Assembly: GCF_036321535.1 (NCBI RefSeq) | Contig: NC_087455.1 | Span: forward strand, 1,364,001 to 1,428,000 | Direction of reading: 5' to 3' | DNA: 64,000 nt | Source: Camelus dromedarius | Taxonomy: Eukaryota | In this document: one piece after another, positions 43,618 to 56,170 of the stretch | Layout: the number at the start of each line of letters is the position of its first letter | Numbering within the stretch: position 1 is the stretch's first letter | Translations under genes and position numbers: made by a program | Notes under the pieces: model-generated | The model's database searches: none | What the model was told of the DNA's origin: nothing | The model's input: only the letters and a program-made list of their open reading frames with translations

Positions 43618-46399
43618 AGCCCTGTTCTGTCTGCCGCAGACCCACTCAAGGACAAAACTCTGAGCAGCAAGGCCCCATCCTCTCTGCCTGCACACCCCAC
43701 CCACCCTTTGCCCACCCTGAGACCCCCCCCAGCCACACCTGGCACTATCTGCAAGAGGACTCCTGAACTTCCCCAGCCACTGCAGGGCCTGCTTCTGGTC
43801 ATGACCTGCCGTTTTCAAAAGGCTATTGTGGGACCACACTTCCCAAGGCATCTGGCCTTGCTGGGGCAGCCCAGCCCCTCCCCTGTCCAAGGATCGGGGC
43901 ATCAGCAAAGTGTGCTGTTTATGAGTCTTCAGTTGGCCAGAAAACACTGATTTGAAGGGAGATGTGCACACCTTCCTGGGAGACATGCTCACCTTCCTGG
44001 CCGCCGTGGGAGCAAGGCTCTGTCCTGAAGGTGTGCTGGAGGGAAAGAGGAGATTAGGGACCCAGGGGGTGGAGGACAGTCCTAGGAGGAGGGCTCTCCA
44101 GGGCCCCAGGAGGGCTGTCTCTGTGCCTCTGACAGAGGCCAGGAGCTGCCCAGGGCAGATGAGGCATGGAGGACTGAGCCAGGAAGGCCTTTGTCCCTGT
44201 CAGCATCCCAGGGAGGGGTCCCAGGCCCTCATGTCCAGGCAGCCCTTGGCAGGGGAGGGGCTAGCTCAGCCTAAAGAGGCCCCTGAGGCCCCTCCAGCCC
44301 CGGGAGCTGGTTCTGGGTCCTGTGAGGGCTCTGTCCCTTCCTGCTCAGCCAAATCCTTGAGCTTTGCCACTCCCCACCCGGCACTGCGCGCATGCACAGG
44401 GCCTGAGCCCGGACAGGCCAGGCTATATTTGATTGAGCCTGAGAGCTGATCCCAGGGCTATTTTGGGCCAAGAGGGAAGGGTGCAGAGCGGTGACCGCCG
44501 GAGGCCTTGCCTTGGGCCCTTGCAGGCCGTGGCAGAGCGCACCCCTTTACAGAGGGAGGGAACTTGGCCGAGGGAAGGAGGAGATACTCCCACCTAAGTC
44601 AGACAGCCGGGTTGGGGGGCCGCGGGCAAGGCGTATCCTTGACCCGGAGTGAGGTGCCTTCTCCTGGACACTCCGGGCTGTGGGCGGCAGGGGCGGGCTG
44701 GGCCCGTGGGACGGAAGGGGAATGCGGGGTCTGGGGAGGAGGGCAGGGGGAGGTGGAATCCCAGGAAGGAGGGAGGGAGATGTGGGGTTGAGGAAAGAAG
44801 GGAAGAGGACTGGGTTCGTGGATGGAGGGTGCTGAGGGCCACTCCCTCCCCGCGCAGCCTGGATTTCCTCTGCATCCTTGCGCTGAAGGACCAGTGTCCA
44901 CACCTGGCTTCTGGCAGGCCCCTCTGGTCTGGCCTGCGGGCCTGGCCGGTAGCAGGATCCTGACTGAGCGAGTGCGAGGTGTGCTGGCCTTGGCCTTGGC
45001 CTGGAAGGCCGTGCCAGCCAACGTGAGGGTTTCCGTGGGCCGCTTGACCTCTGCCTGCCAGTGGAGAGGGTGGGAGCAGCACACCAGCTGGAGCTCAGGG
45101 AGTGGCTCTCATATGCCCCCAATCCAGCCGGGAGTTGGGACCCCCCAAGGGCCCAAGAATGGGCGTTATTTTAAGGGCACCCACCCCAGGTGAGCCCCCC
45201 TCCCCCACCAGGTTGGGGAAGCATGTGTTTGCCCAGCATCTGCCCTTCTGGGTAAGGGTGGCCCAGGGAGCCGGGGCCTTCCAGTGAGGCCCGGCAGGAT
45301 GTGCTGCGTTGTGTCAGGGTCAAACAGCACCTGAGGCCACCTCACTTGACCAGTGACCCCTGTTCCGGTGTCCACTGAGGGACCTGAGGAGCTCCTTCAA
45401 GCTGGCCTCGCCCAAGAGGGCAGGATGGTGGCAGATGCCCACGTCGGGGGCTGTCCCTGGAACTCAGAAGCCTTTGGCCCCAAAGCATGGCCTCTGTCAG
45501 GGGAACCAGTGCTGAAAATTCCCTCTTGAGAGCTTCCCTCCAGGACTGCCAGACCTCAGGGTACCCTCAGCAGGCCCGGGCTGGACTTCCCAGAGGGCCA
45601 GGAGGCAGAAGGAGCTGCACCCCAAGGATGGCTGACAGCAGGCCAGCTGCCTCCTCCCCTTAGGCCCCGACAGGAGCGAGCCCCTCCCTGGAGGGGGGCT
45701 GGGAGGAAGCTAGAGCCCACCCCTGACCCCCAGGAGTGGTCTGCCTGAGGGAAATGGCCGCTGAGTTGGCTGCAGGGCCAGCTCAGCTCCAGTCACTGGT
45801 GGGGAGGGAGGGCAGCCGTGGGCAGACTGCCCTCCTGACTCAGTGGGAGAGGCCTGGGGAACGGCTGCTGCCCTGCCTGTGCAAGCACTTTGTCCCGGGT
45901 CTGGTCTTGCCTCCCTCCCCCCCAACCCAGTGGGTGTGGGAGTAGACCCCTGCCTGGCCACCTGTGGGCTTCTGGGGTTGCTGAGAGCAGGGACCCAGCA
46001 AAGGCTGGGCAGGTGTGGTGTTGTGGGAGCATCTTACACCTGCCTCCTGCATCCGTCTGTCCATCCCTCCGCCACCCTGACCCATCCCATCCCAACACTC
46101 ACATCCCTGCCCCCAGCCCCGGGGACCATGCGGCCCACCCCTCCCCCATAGACTGGGTTCCTCGTGGCCTGGCTGTCTTCCGAAGCCAGCACAGGGCCCA
46201 CAGGTGTTTAGCTCCTGCCCAGGCCAGGCCCCCTAGTGGGAGGTGCGTGGCACTGCAAAATAAGGGGACTCAGCAGTGCCCTTAGAATCAAACAAGTAAA
46301 CTTAGGCGGACTGTGTCTACAAGGGTAGGAGCTAACGCCTGCCCAGTTTCCCCGCGTTCCGGATCTCAGCACCTCCACGACAGCCCTGCAAGGTAGGAG

Positions 46400-46460
46400 C
46401 CGATATCATGGCCCTTTCACAGATGAGGAAACTGAGACACGGAGAGGTAAGATGGCAGCC
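46400..46460 (+). mobile_element. MIR fragment
   Basis: ccctttcacagatgaggaaactgagacacggagaggtaag; an antisense MIR piece also lies at ~47250-47295 (gagcctcagttgtctcattgataaaat). Confidence 0.65.
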
Positions 46461-48789
46461 CCCCAAGGCAGGCCAGACCCCTTGCCCCGCAACTGCACCC
46501 CAGCCCCACTGTGGAGAGGAGAGGAGTGCCGGGAAGGAGGCTTTCTGAATTTAAGACACTCTTAGCATGTTAAGTACTCAAAACAGCCTAGAGTCAGGAA
46601 AGCTTAGAAGGAGAAATTGGAAACAGGAGGTTTGAGAAGCCGTGCAGGCCAGAGTCAGGCACCTAGACCTGTGTTAGGATGCCGGGCCAGGGGTGGAGAA
46701 GCAGAGAGAGGAGGCAGAGGGGCACCAGGCACCCCCGGCTTGCCTGGCCCGGACCCATTCCCCACCTGTGTCGGGACCGTGGGTCCCTGTGGGGACCTCT
46801 CCAACAAAAACAAGAGCCTGTGCAGTACAGGCAGGTGCCCAAGCTCTCCTTGTAGCTCCTTGTGCAGCCTGCATGTCTCAGGAGTGGCTCCTTGACTCGG
46901 CAGACGGCACCTCCCATGGATTCTTGCGTTGTCCATTCACCTGGGGTGAGGCTGAGAAGGTGGTGCTGCAACTTCGACCTGGGGACGGGTCAGGTCTGGC
47001 CCCGTTGCGTAAGGACGGCGTGAGGAGGGTGTGAGCTCGCTGCTCTGCCCCTGCTGGAGGGGAGGCCAGACCAGCTGCTTCCCCACCCGCCTTTGTACTG
47101 GCTGATCTGTGGTGATGAACGTGTGTTTTCTTCCTGATTCTAAAATTCTGCAAAAGGTGAAAAGAAGCTGAGAGGCCTCTGTATTTTTAATGCCCCCACA
47201 CCCCCGGCAAGCCTTGTTGGGTCTTGTAGCTCCGGCTGATCTGGGGCTGGTTGTTCACATCTTTGAGCCTCAGTTGTCTCATTGATAAAATAGTTCCCAC
47301 TAAGCTGGGGCCCCGTGAGCATCAACGAGGCTGTGGGTATAAGGGCCTATCCCGGGGCCTGGCACACCAGAGGCCCCAGATGGACAGACTGATGGGTGGA
47401 CGGATGGACAAATGGATGGATGTGCCCTTTCCCTTCTACCCCACTTCTCAAGATCCGACTACTTCCCAGGGCCGTGCCCCTGCCAGCAGCTGATGCCAGC
47501 CCCAAACCCTGACCCTGACCCTGACCCTCACTCACACTGCTCCCTGCAGAGTCTCATGAGCACCTCCTGGAGCCAGTGAATGAACTGGCGAGTACGTGCA
47601 TCTGCTTTCTGTCCCCACCAGCCACCCGCCTGAGCGCCACCCCGCCTCTGTGGTCTGGTTTGGCTGGTCCTGCTGGCTCTGTCGGTCTTTGACTCCTGTC
47701 CACCCTGGCTCATCCAGCCTTGACATCAGAGCCAGCCCTGACCCAAGGCAGGGGAAGACCCACAGGAGGGGAGCCACAGGGAGCGGCAGGAGGCTCACTG
47801 GGCGCGGCCTTGTTTCCGGTTGGTCGTGGGAGTGAGGCCGACCTACCAACTCATCCAGCGGCTCCTTGAGAAAGCTTGGGGAGGGAGGTGGAACCCAGGA
47901 ACCCACCCTACCACCTGGATTTCTGGCTCCTGACCCTGGTTCTTCCCAACTGCCTGGGAGCAGGGTCTGATTCTGCCCAGCCCCAGGAGCCACCAGATCG
48001 AGGGGTGGCCGAAAGCCACTCGGGCTGCCAGAGCAGACACATTAAAGCTCTCCTGGGCCGGAAGGGCTGACCCCCTTGGGGTGGCCACCTGTACGGCCCC
48101 CACGGTGCCCCAGACCCCACCTCTAAACCCCCAGCTTTTGGCAGAACTGTGTGGCTGGTTCCTGGCTCCCATGAAGCCTGGCTCTTGCTCTCAGGAGGGC
48201 CCTTCTGGGCTGTCACCCATCATAGGGACCCTCTTAATACCGGGGCCCTTTCTGCTCCCCACCCCCCAGCACTGGGCAAACACGCACAGGTCCTGGGCCC
48301 TGCAATACGGTCATGATAATAACCAGGGACCAAGGTCCCTCGTGGCTCCCAGAGAGGCAGGCAGCTCACAACCGCCCCTTTTAGAGGGAGGCCCACTTAA
48401 CAGGGAAACTGAGGACCATACGTTCTGGCTCTCTGGACGCAACTGGTCACCTAGCTCACCCCCGGGGGCGTGCTGGTGAAGGCCTCTGGGTGGGCCCAGC
48501 TCTGAACTCCTTTGCGTGTTAGGGGTGGGGCTGGGCTCGCTGGCCTGTGCCAGACTCTCCTTCCTGCTCCCCCAAGGAGACCAGGGGCTGTGTGCTGTGT
48601 GCCAACCGTCTTATGTGATCCCCAATTTTATACTTTGGGGACCAGGAAAGAAGTTCATGAGATTAAGCTAGGCTCTCCGGAGACCACACAGCCATCAGCC
48701 TTGGGGCCAGGCTGGACCCCAGTGCTGTCCGGGCCCCAGTCCAGCTCCTCAGCTGAGCTGGCTGCGGGGTGACTGTGTGGGGACCAGGC

Positions 48790-48815
48790 GGGGCGGAGCA
48801 GCTGCAGGTATAAGA
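48790..48815 (+). promoter_or_regulatory. SLURP2 proximal promoter: GC box and TATA
   Basis: ggggcgg at ~48790 and TATAAG at 48809-48814, 49 nt before the ATG. Confidence 0.7.
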
Positions 48816-48857
48816 GCAGCCGGGCGCCCTGGGAGCCAGACCTCTCCCCAGGAGAAC

Positions 48858-51668
48858 ATGAGGCTGCTCCTTGGGCTCCTGTTGGCAGCTGCCTTGAGCC
48901 TGGAGCTAGGTAAGTCGGGGTGGGGGTGGGGGGGCGGGACCACTTTCCTTCCAGATGTCTTACTGGGCTGTGACTCCCACCTTGGGGGAGCCCACTTCCT
49001 GTCCCCTCCCCCCTCTCCTGGGGCACCAGACTTCCCCCTCCACCAGCCCCTCCGCCTGTGACACCAGGCACTTCCTGGACCTGCAGGGAAGTCATCTGAG
49101 CCTCACACTGTCCTTGTCCCTGCAAGGGCTGCCCACTTCTCAGGGCTCTGCCCTCCCCCCACTACCTCCACAGGCCTCCCCACTCCAGCAGTGACCCCCC
49201 ACACCTGAGTTTGAAGGCCTGCCCTGTTTCCTGGGTCCTCCCTCTCCTGGCTCCCTCCTACCTCCCCTGTAGGTGGGATCCTGGCCTCTCCCCTCTCCAC
49301 TCCAGGCTTCCTTATAGGGGCAGCTTCCCCACTGCCATCACTTCAGTCTTCCCTGGCTATGCCCACATCCGTGGATGCTGGCTGCATCTGACCCAGCTTC
49401 CAGCCCTTCGCTCAGAGGTTGGCCTGAGGGCATCCTCCCAGATGTCCGAATAGAGCCAGCAGGGCTCCCCTGATCCAACCCCCACCAGACCCTGCTCTCC
49501 CAGCCCTCACCTGTTTCCCCTTCTGGGTCAGCACTCCCTCACCAGCCACATGGCCCTAAATGAGATGGACAGAGGAAACGTCTGGACGTCCCTGGCCCAG
49601 GCACAGCGCTCCCCCTCCCAGTCTCTGGGATCTGTCCACTGTCTCTACCCGCAGGGACCCTCCTAGGGGCCTCTGACTGTGGGAAAGGGGCCAGGCCTCA
49701 CCACTGACCCCTGAGAACTGCCCCTAGGTCATCAGGGTGGATGTACAAGGAGGGGATGCCTGCAGGAGTCTGAGCTCAAGGCAGGGAAAGCCCTGGTCAC
49801 CACCAGGGCTGGGTCACAAGGACTGGGTGGCCTCCTCTCCGTCCCTGGGCTCAGCCCAGTTCCAGGGGATCACAGAAGCCTGCCAGGTGCTATGTCCACG
49901 GAAACATCACTGACCAGAGACCCTGCCCTGCCTGAGCAGCTGGCCTCTGAAGTCCCATCTGCTCTCACACACAGCAGGCCTCAGGCTGGGGTCACTGCCT
50001 TTCCAGTTGGAGAATGGGGGGTCAGAGCCCTGTGGCCCTCTTTCAGGGACCCCATAAGCCTCATCGTTGCTGGTGTCCTCTCCCTGTCACCCAGGGGCAG
50101 CACAGCCTTCCCTGGGCCTCACACTGGCCCAGGCTTAGTTAACCAAGCAGCACCCAGAGTGGGAGGTGAGCTGCCTGCGCGGGGCAGGACAGGAGCCTGG
50201 TCTGCTGCCCCCAAAGCCACCGCCTCTGTCCATCCTCCGTCCTCCGTCCTTCCGTCTCTCCCTCCCTCCCTCCCTTCCTTCCACTAAGCTCCCCTGAGCC
50301 CTGCTAGGCACAGAGGAGGGGTGCATTGTGGTGGATGGTCTGGGGGCACCTTCACATCTGGGGCAGTGGGGGTGGGGAGGGAACCCTGAGACCAGGTCAC
50401 GTGGGAGCAAGGACAAATCGCCAGCACCTCACAGTGGGCAGGTCAAAGGGGCAACATCAACTCTGCCCTAGAAGCCCAGGAGGCCTTCTTAGAAGAGGCG
50501 GCATCTGAGCCGGGGCCCGTTTCACCTGGAAGGGCAGGACAGCAGAGGCAAAGCAGGGAGGCATCTGGGAGGGTGAGCAGGGAGGAAGGGAGGCAGGAAC
50601 TGGTTATCTCACTGGGACACCCCTGGGGCACAGATATCTCAGTTTTTCCGGTGACACCACCCTGCCCGTCCATGAGGGTCCCTGCCATCTGCCACCCCAA
50701 TCGGCACTGCCAGAGTCTGCGAAGTGCTTACGCAGCTTATCAAAGCACCATCGGGTTTGACGTGAGGGTGGCTTCAGTCATCTTTTTGGGGCCTTGTGAC
50801 ATCTGCTGCCCACATCGGTGGGGGGCGGGGGATGGGACACCGACCAGCCGACTCCAGCCGCAGCGCTGACCCCAGCAGGGCGGTGGCCCGTTACACCCTG
50901 AGCGTGATCACTTGTATCCTGCAATGACCAGTCCCACAGGGTAACAGAGCAGAGGGCCCTGGGCTGAGGCTTGGTACCTGGTGACCTTCTCCCCAGCCCT
51001 CTGTCTTGGAGGTCTTGAGGGGTGAGGCACCCCAAGATGAAGGACAGGGGCCCCCGAGAATGGGAATTGGTGCTGGGTGAGAAGAAAGAGTGCCATCATG
51101 CGGGAGGTACCCCCACCTGCGTCCCTGTCTGTGTGTCCGTCCATCCTTCCCTCTGCCTGCAACTGTAGCCCAGGCCTTGCAGTGCCACCAGTGCAAGGGC
51201 TTCGGAGGATGCGCCCAGAAGTCCAAATGCCCATCCAGGTCCAGCCACTGCATCAGTATCGCCACCCGTGAGTAGGGGATGAGGAGCAGGCCGGCCACGC
51301 CCTCCTCAGTGAGTGGGGAGACCCGGGCTCAGAGGGGGTGGAGACTGAGCCAGCTGCTGGGCAAGTCAGTCCCAGGGCAGGGAAAGCCTCACCCAGCAGC
51401 TAAAGCGGGAGGCCGGGTCCACCCGGGGTGGAGGAGGGAGCTGACCCACGTCTCGGTGGTAGGTGGGGCAGTGGGTACGGGCAGCTCAGATCCTTGGGTT
51501 GTCTGCAGGATTTCTCTCCTGTCCACCCCAGGGGCCCCCAGCAACTTCCCGGACCTGCCTCTTGTCACCAAGATGTGCTACAGAGGCTGCCCTGACATCA
51601 ACACCCTGGGCCTGGGCCCCTACGTGTCCATCGTCTGCTGCCAGGCCAGCCTCTGCAACCGTGACTGA
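48858..51668 (+). CDS. SLURP2: Secreted Ly6/uPAR-related protein 2, 95 aa; exons 48858-48909, 51169-51267, 51532-51668
   Basis: [95 protein letters not shown]; matches human SLURP2 ([35 protein letters not shown]); no GPI tail. Confidence 0.95.
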
Positions 51669-52659
51669 CCGCCCCCGCTGCCCCCAGCTGCTCCCCCGCC
51701 CGCCTCACAGAGCTCCCAGCCAGTCCGGCCCCCAGCAGACACTACTCCTGAGGCAGCTGGGAGGGCACTGGGGCTGGGGGCGCGGGAGGGGCGCCCCAAC
51801 TCAGGGCAGGAGTCCAGGAAGCCCAGGGACCCAGAGGCTATGCTGGGGTGGGTCAGAGGAAGGGAGGCCATGGCAGGGAATGGAAGGAGAGAACACAGAT
51901 ACTCTAGAGGCGTGCCGGCCCCCACCACGCGCACACACATGCGCACGTGCACAGCCAGGCGCACACACACACCTGGGCAGCTGCTCCTAGAGAAACCTGC
52001 TCCTCCTTGGCCGGGAATCTGTGCTGCTTCACAGCCCCCGCTGCTCCTCCCCTCCTGCCTCGCTTCTTTCTCCCAGATCCCCCTCCTCTCTGCCAAGCCC
52101 CTCCTGCCCTGAAACCTTTCCCCCGCCCCCCCCCACAGGAGTCCCTCCAGCCCTGTGACTGTTCACCTCAGGGTAGACACAGGGAGGCCTTAAGCTGATG
52201 TCTGTGATGGTCACTCACTCACTGAGTGAATGTTTAATCCTGGCTGCAACCAGGCCCCAGGCTCAGCCTTGGGCTGCAAGGTGGAGGAGACCCCCCAGGT
52301 CACCCCCAGGCACCCCACCTGGCCCTCTTCTGGGCCCTTGTTCGCGCGGAAGAAAACATAGACAGGCCAGTGAAATTGTGCAGCCGGCGGGCAGGGAGAA
52401 CCGATGTCCCAGCAGAGGGTGACCAGCACCAAGGCACATGGAGGGCCCTGACCAGGAGACACAGAGAGGGCTGGGGGCCCCAACCAGCCCCTCTGCGGGC
52501 CGGACTGGCATCCCTAATGGTGGTCCTTCATGTCAGGGGGACAATGTGCAGGAGGTGGGGAGCTGACCGCCACGGAGGAGAAAGCAAGCCGACTGCTCCC
52601 ACCCGCACGCCTGCTGCACTGAAAGCCATTCCAATTGAACCAAAGTTTTAAGCGTCAAA

Positions 52660-53205
52660 AGAAAGAGATTCTTTTCAGATGATGGTTCAGAATAGAAAGC
52701 GAGACGCGTCCTCCAAATGGCTAAACACAGTTACTGTCTGACCAGCAGCCCTGTCGCTAGGCATCGACCAGAGAAAGGGACACGGCAACGTGTCCATAAC
52801 AGTCACAGGGTGGCCCCTGAACTGACGAATGAATAAACAAACGTGGTCTCTCCAGACAATGGGCTATTTTTCAGCCACGAAAAGAAACAAAGTACCGACA
52901 AGCAACAACACGGGTGAGAGCATGACACTCAGGGAAAGACAGGTCCTGGGGTTCATTTACGTGAAATGCCCACAGCGGGCAAATCCACAGAGACAGAATG
53001 CAGATCAGCTGTTTGCAGGGGCGGCAGGAAAACGCGGGATGGGGTGGCAGCCAAAGGGTTTCTTTTTGAGATGATGAAAATTTTCCAAACCTGACCCTGA
53101 TGGTCGAACATACCTGTAAATAGGCCCAAAACGCTTCACACGGGTGAACTGTGTGGTATGTGAAGTAGATCCAATAAAACTTAAAAATTAATAAGAAAAA
53201 AAAAG
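52660..53205 (+). mobile_element. L1M 3' end with poly(A) signal and A-tail
   Basis: ctaaacacagttactgtctgaccagcagcc...gaatgaataaacaaacgtggt...agatgatgaaaattttccaaac...ccAATAAAacttaaaaattaataagaaaaaaaaa. Confidence 0.8.
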
Positions 53206-54139
53206 GTTTCAAGAAAAACAAGGCCCAAAATCCTGGTTGAGACAGATTCACGAGGAGGTAAAAATTTAAAACAAAGTGCGTGGAAAAAAATGCCATAAAC
53301 AGAACTAAAAAGCAGAAGGTGGGTGAAAAACAAGGCGGATTTCTCTTCCACATGAAGGATACATACAAGCCCACGCAGGTAGCGTGCTCAGCGAGACAGA
53401 ACTTCAGCCATACTCCCAGTCAGAGGGGAGCAAAGCAAAGGAAGCAACATTTTAAATCTTGAGCCAAACAAAAAAGTGGCAAGCAATGATGCCACAAGGG
53501 CAGGGAGTCCCCCCTCTGTGTGCCCTTGTGGGAATCCCTGTAGCCTCTTGGAGGGCCAGTCGGCACCATCTCTGAAGCTGTAAGGTGTCCCTAGGGTTTT
53601 GTTGAATGCAGGCTCCCGAGATGTCGCCCAAACACCTGGAGCGGGTGGGAGACAGGTTTAGAAGCCCTGATCACCCGACGCCAGGAGCGCCCTGCGCGCG
53701 CGGGAGCCAGCCGGGCGCTCAAGGGGATGACCGGCCCCCGTGTGTGTGCCCCACTGCTGCGAAGAGGAGGCGTGAAGACCGTGCAGCGGAAGAAGCTCAC
53801 TGCAGTGTTCTGAGCAGAAGCCGAGTCCCCCGAGGGCCCACTAGTACAGGGAGTGACGCCCCAGGGCCACTCCGCTGGGTCCTGCTGGAGGGAGAAGCAG
53901 GTCACAGCTGCTGCCCCGGGAGCCGTCTCACCGTCCCTGTACTTTCTTTGCAACCTAGAGACGTGGCTTTAAGAGCCCTCAGTCTGCTCTGCCAGACACA
54001 GGAAGGGGACTGGTAGGCAGAAGCTCAGGTGGGAACCCCTCTCAGCCACCTGGGGGGTCCTTAGAGACAGTGCAGAGGAGACCACCCCACAGGCAGACTA
54101 GTGGGGAGGCCATGCCGAGCAGACGGAGAAGCACGGCCC

Positions 54140-54265
54140 TGGTCCTGGCCACATGCTGAACCCTGACTCTGGTCACACATTTAGACCTTACCGTCATCAC
54201 AGGCTGAACTCTGACCCTAGTCACACTCTGAGCCCTGACCCCGGTCACAGGCTGAGCCCTGACCT
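54140..54265 (-). repeat. Degenerate 24-bp tandem repeat, 5 copies, same family as 15001-15085 but inverted
   Basis: gtcac-like core at 54148, 54172, 54196, 54220 and 54244; reverse complement contains ggtcagggctcagcctgtgacc identical to 15055-15076. Confidence 0.75.
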
Positions 54266-56170
54266 GGAGGCTCCGGGAGGAACTGAGGGGAGGGTGTGGG
54301 CCTCTCAGCATGAAGCGTCCTAGGCTGGGCCACATTCCTGCTCGCCCTGAGCGGACAGCAGCAGCTCTGCAGACAGGTTCAGCCTGGGCTTCCCCAGTGG
54401 CGGCCTGGCAGAAACTCTAGGAGGAGCAGATGCCCAGGGGCCAGGTGTGTTCTGAAAGGAAAGCGGAGGTGGGGCCCCTGCGCCTGAGGACAGGAGGTGT
54501 GGTGTCGGCTTGGCCTCCGCAGGAGGAATTGGGCCGGGCCGAAGGAGGAGCCGGGGCGTGCGGGGCGCTGTCTAATCCGGCATCCCCCCCCCCCCCCGCA
54601 GCGGGCCGCCCGCTGAGGAGCAGACTCCGACAGGCCCGGCTGCTGCCTTGGCTTCCAGCCAGCCCTGGCCGGGCGACCTGCCTGTCAGCTGGCTGCTGGA
54701 GCCTCCGATCCTGCCCCTAGAGCAGTGGTTGGCACTGTGCCCGGTGGTTCACTGTAGTGAGAACTTGGGAGCCAGCAGGCCGAGTGTCTGACGCAGTCTG
54801 GGCATTAGGGGAAGGCTAGGTGCCTCCCACCCACACTGGAGCCCCAGCCAGTGCCCAGGGAGACACAGGCCTGCTCAGTCTAGGGTTAAAGACCAGACCC
54901 CAGATGGAGCTGATCCCCCAGGACCTATATGAGGCCATGGGGCGGGGTCAAGGTCCCCAGACAGAATTTCAGCCTCAGGAGGCAGGGGCGGGAGGAGCAG
55001 GACCAGTCTTGCGTGGCGAGGTTTGGACCCTTGGGGGGAAGACGCAGGAGTCGAATGGGGCCGCAGGGGAGCCCCGAGTGAGCCAGGGCACAGCCCAGCA
55101 AGACCGCTGCCTTGACACCTGGGCCCTGTCGACACCCGTCCCCAGCCCACCCAGGGTTTGCTCTGGCAGCTGCGAGGCCTGGAGGAGGGGTGAGAGGGTC
55201 ACAGGCGGGACTCCTTGGAAAGGCTGAGGAGCAGGCCCCATGGTCCGTGTGGGGGTCGGGGTTAGAGAGCAGTGCCTGGGGCCACACTCCAACCCCAGGA
55301 CCCAAATCCACCTCTCCGCTCTCTGAGTCTTGGGCGAGGGTCTTGCTGTCAATTTCCTGCCCTGCAATGGGGCCAGGTGAGCCCTGCCTGAGGGGCAACC
55401 CCCTCAGCCCCATTACCAATCAAGGTGTGCCTGTCCCTGCAGGGGACACCAGGTTTAGTGTCCCCAAGGTGACCCTGCCCCTACCCCACTGCCCGCCATC
55501 CAAGACCTTTCTGTTGACCCAGCACTTTTCCTGTCTCTGTCCCCTTAAGCCTCAGAGCACATTCTGGCTGGTTGTCCAGGCGGTCAGCGCCTCTGTCACT
55601 ACACCCCACATGACCGCTCCAGAGAAGCTGGGTGCTGGGGACTGGGGCACCCTGGAACGATTCAAACCCAGACCCACTAGGGCAGGAACCTGCCCGGGAG
55701 GTAGAAGTGGGACCCAAGGCGGAAGGGGCGCCTGACAGAGGCAGGAGTTGGGGTGCAGGGAGGCCCCACCCTCTGGAGGGGAGTGTCTTCCCTAGATGCA
55801 AAGGCCAGGGTGTCCCAGGTTAGGGGATGAGGGGGAGGGCGGAGAGCCCCAGGCTGAGGTAGTTACAAGGGGGTAAGGACCCCCCAACCCTAAGCTGGGG
55901 GGGGTCTTCAGGGTGTGGGGAGGGGCCCAGAGTGCAGGAGGTGGAGGAGTGAGGGAGGAGCAGGGAGGGGCCTGGGGGAGGACCACAGAGGAGTGGGGCA
56001 TCCAGGTGCAGGCAGGTGGGGCCCAGTAGGTGGGTAGGCGGGTCTCTGCACCTCTGCCACCCACGGGAAAACTGATCCCGCTAATCTATTTGGCTGACCA
56101 GTCAGGTGGCTGCACTGGGTGTTTGTCATCCCTGCCAGGCAGGCCTAGCACCAGCTGCGGGGACCGGACC

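Noticed and set aside
51929-51971. Alternating purine-pyrimidine tract (Z-DNA candidate) after SLURP2
   Set aside because: Short, interrupted (CA)n-type simple repeat with no evidence of function.
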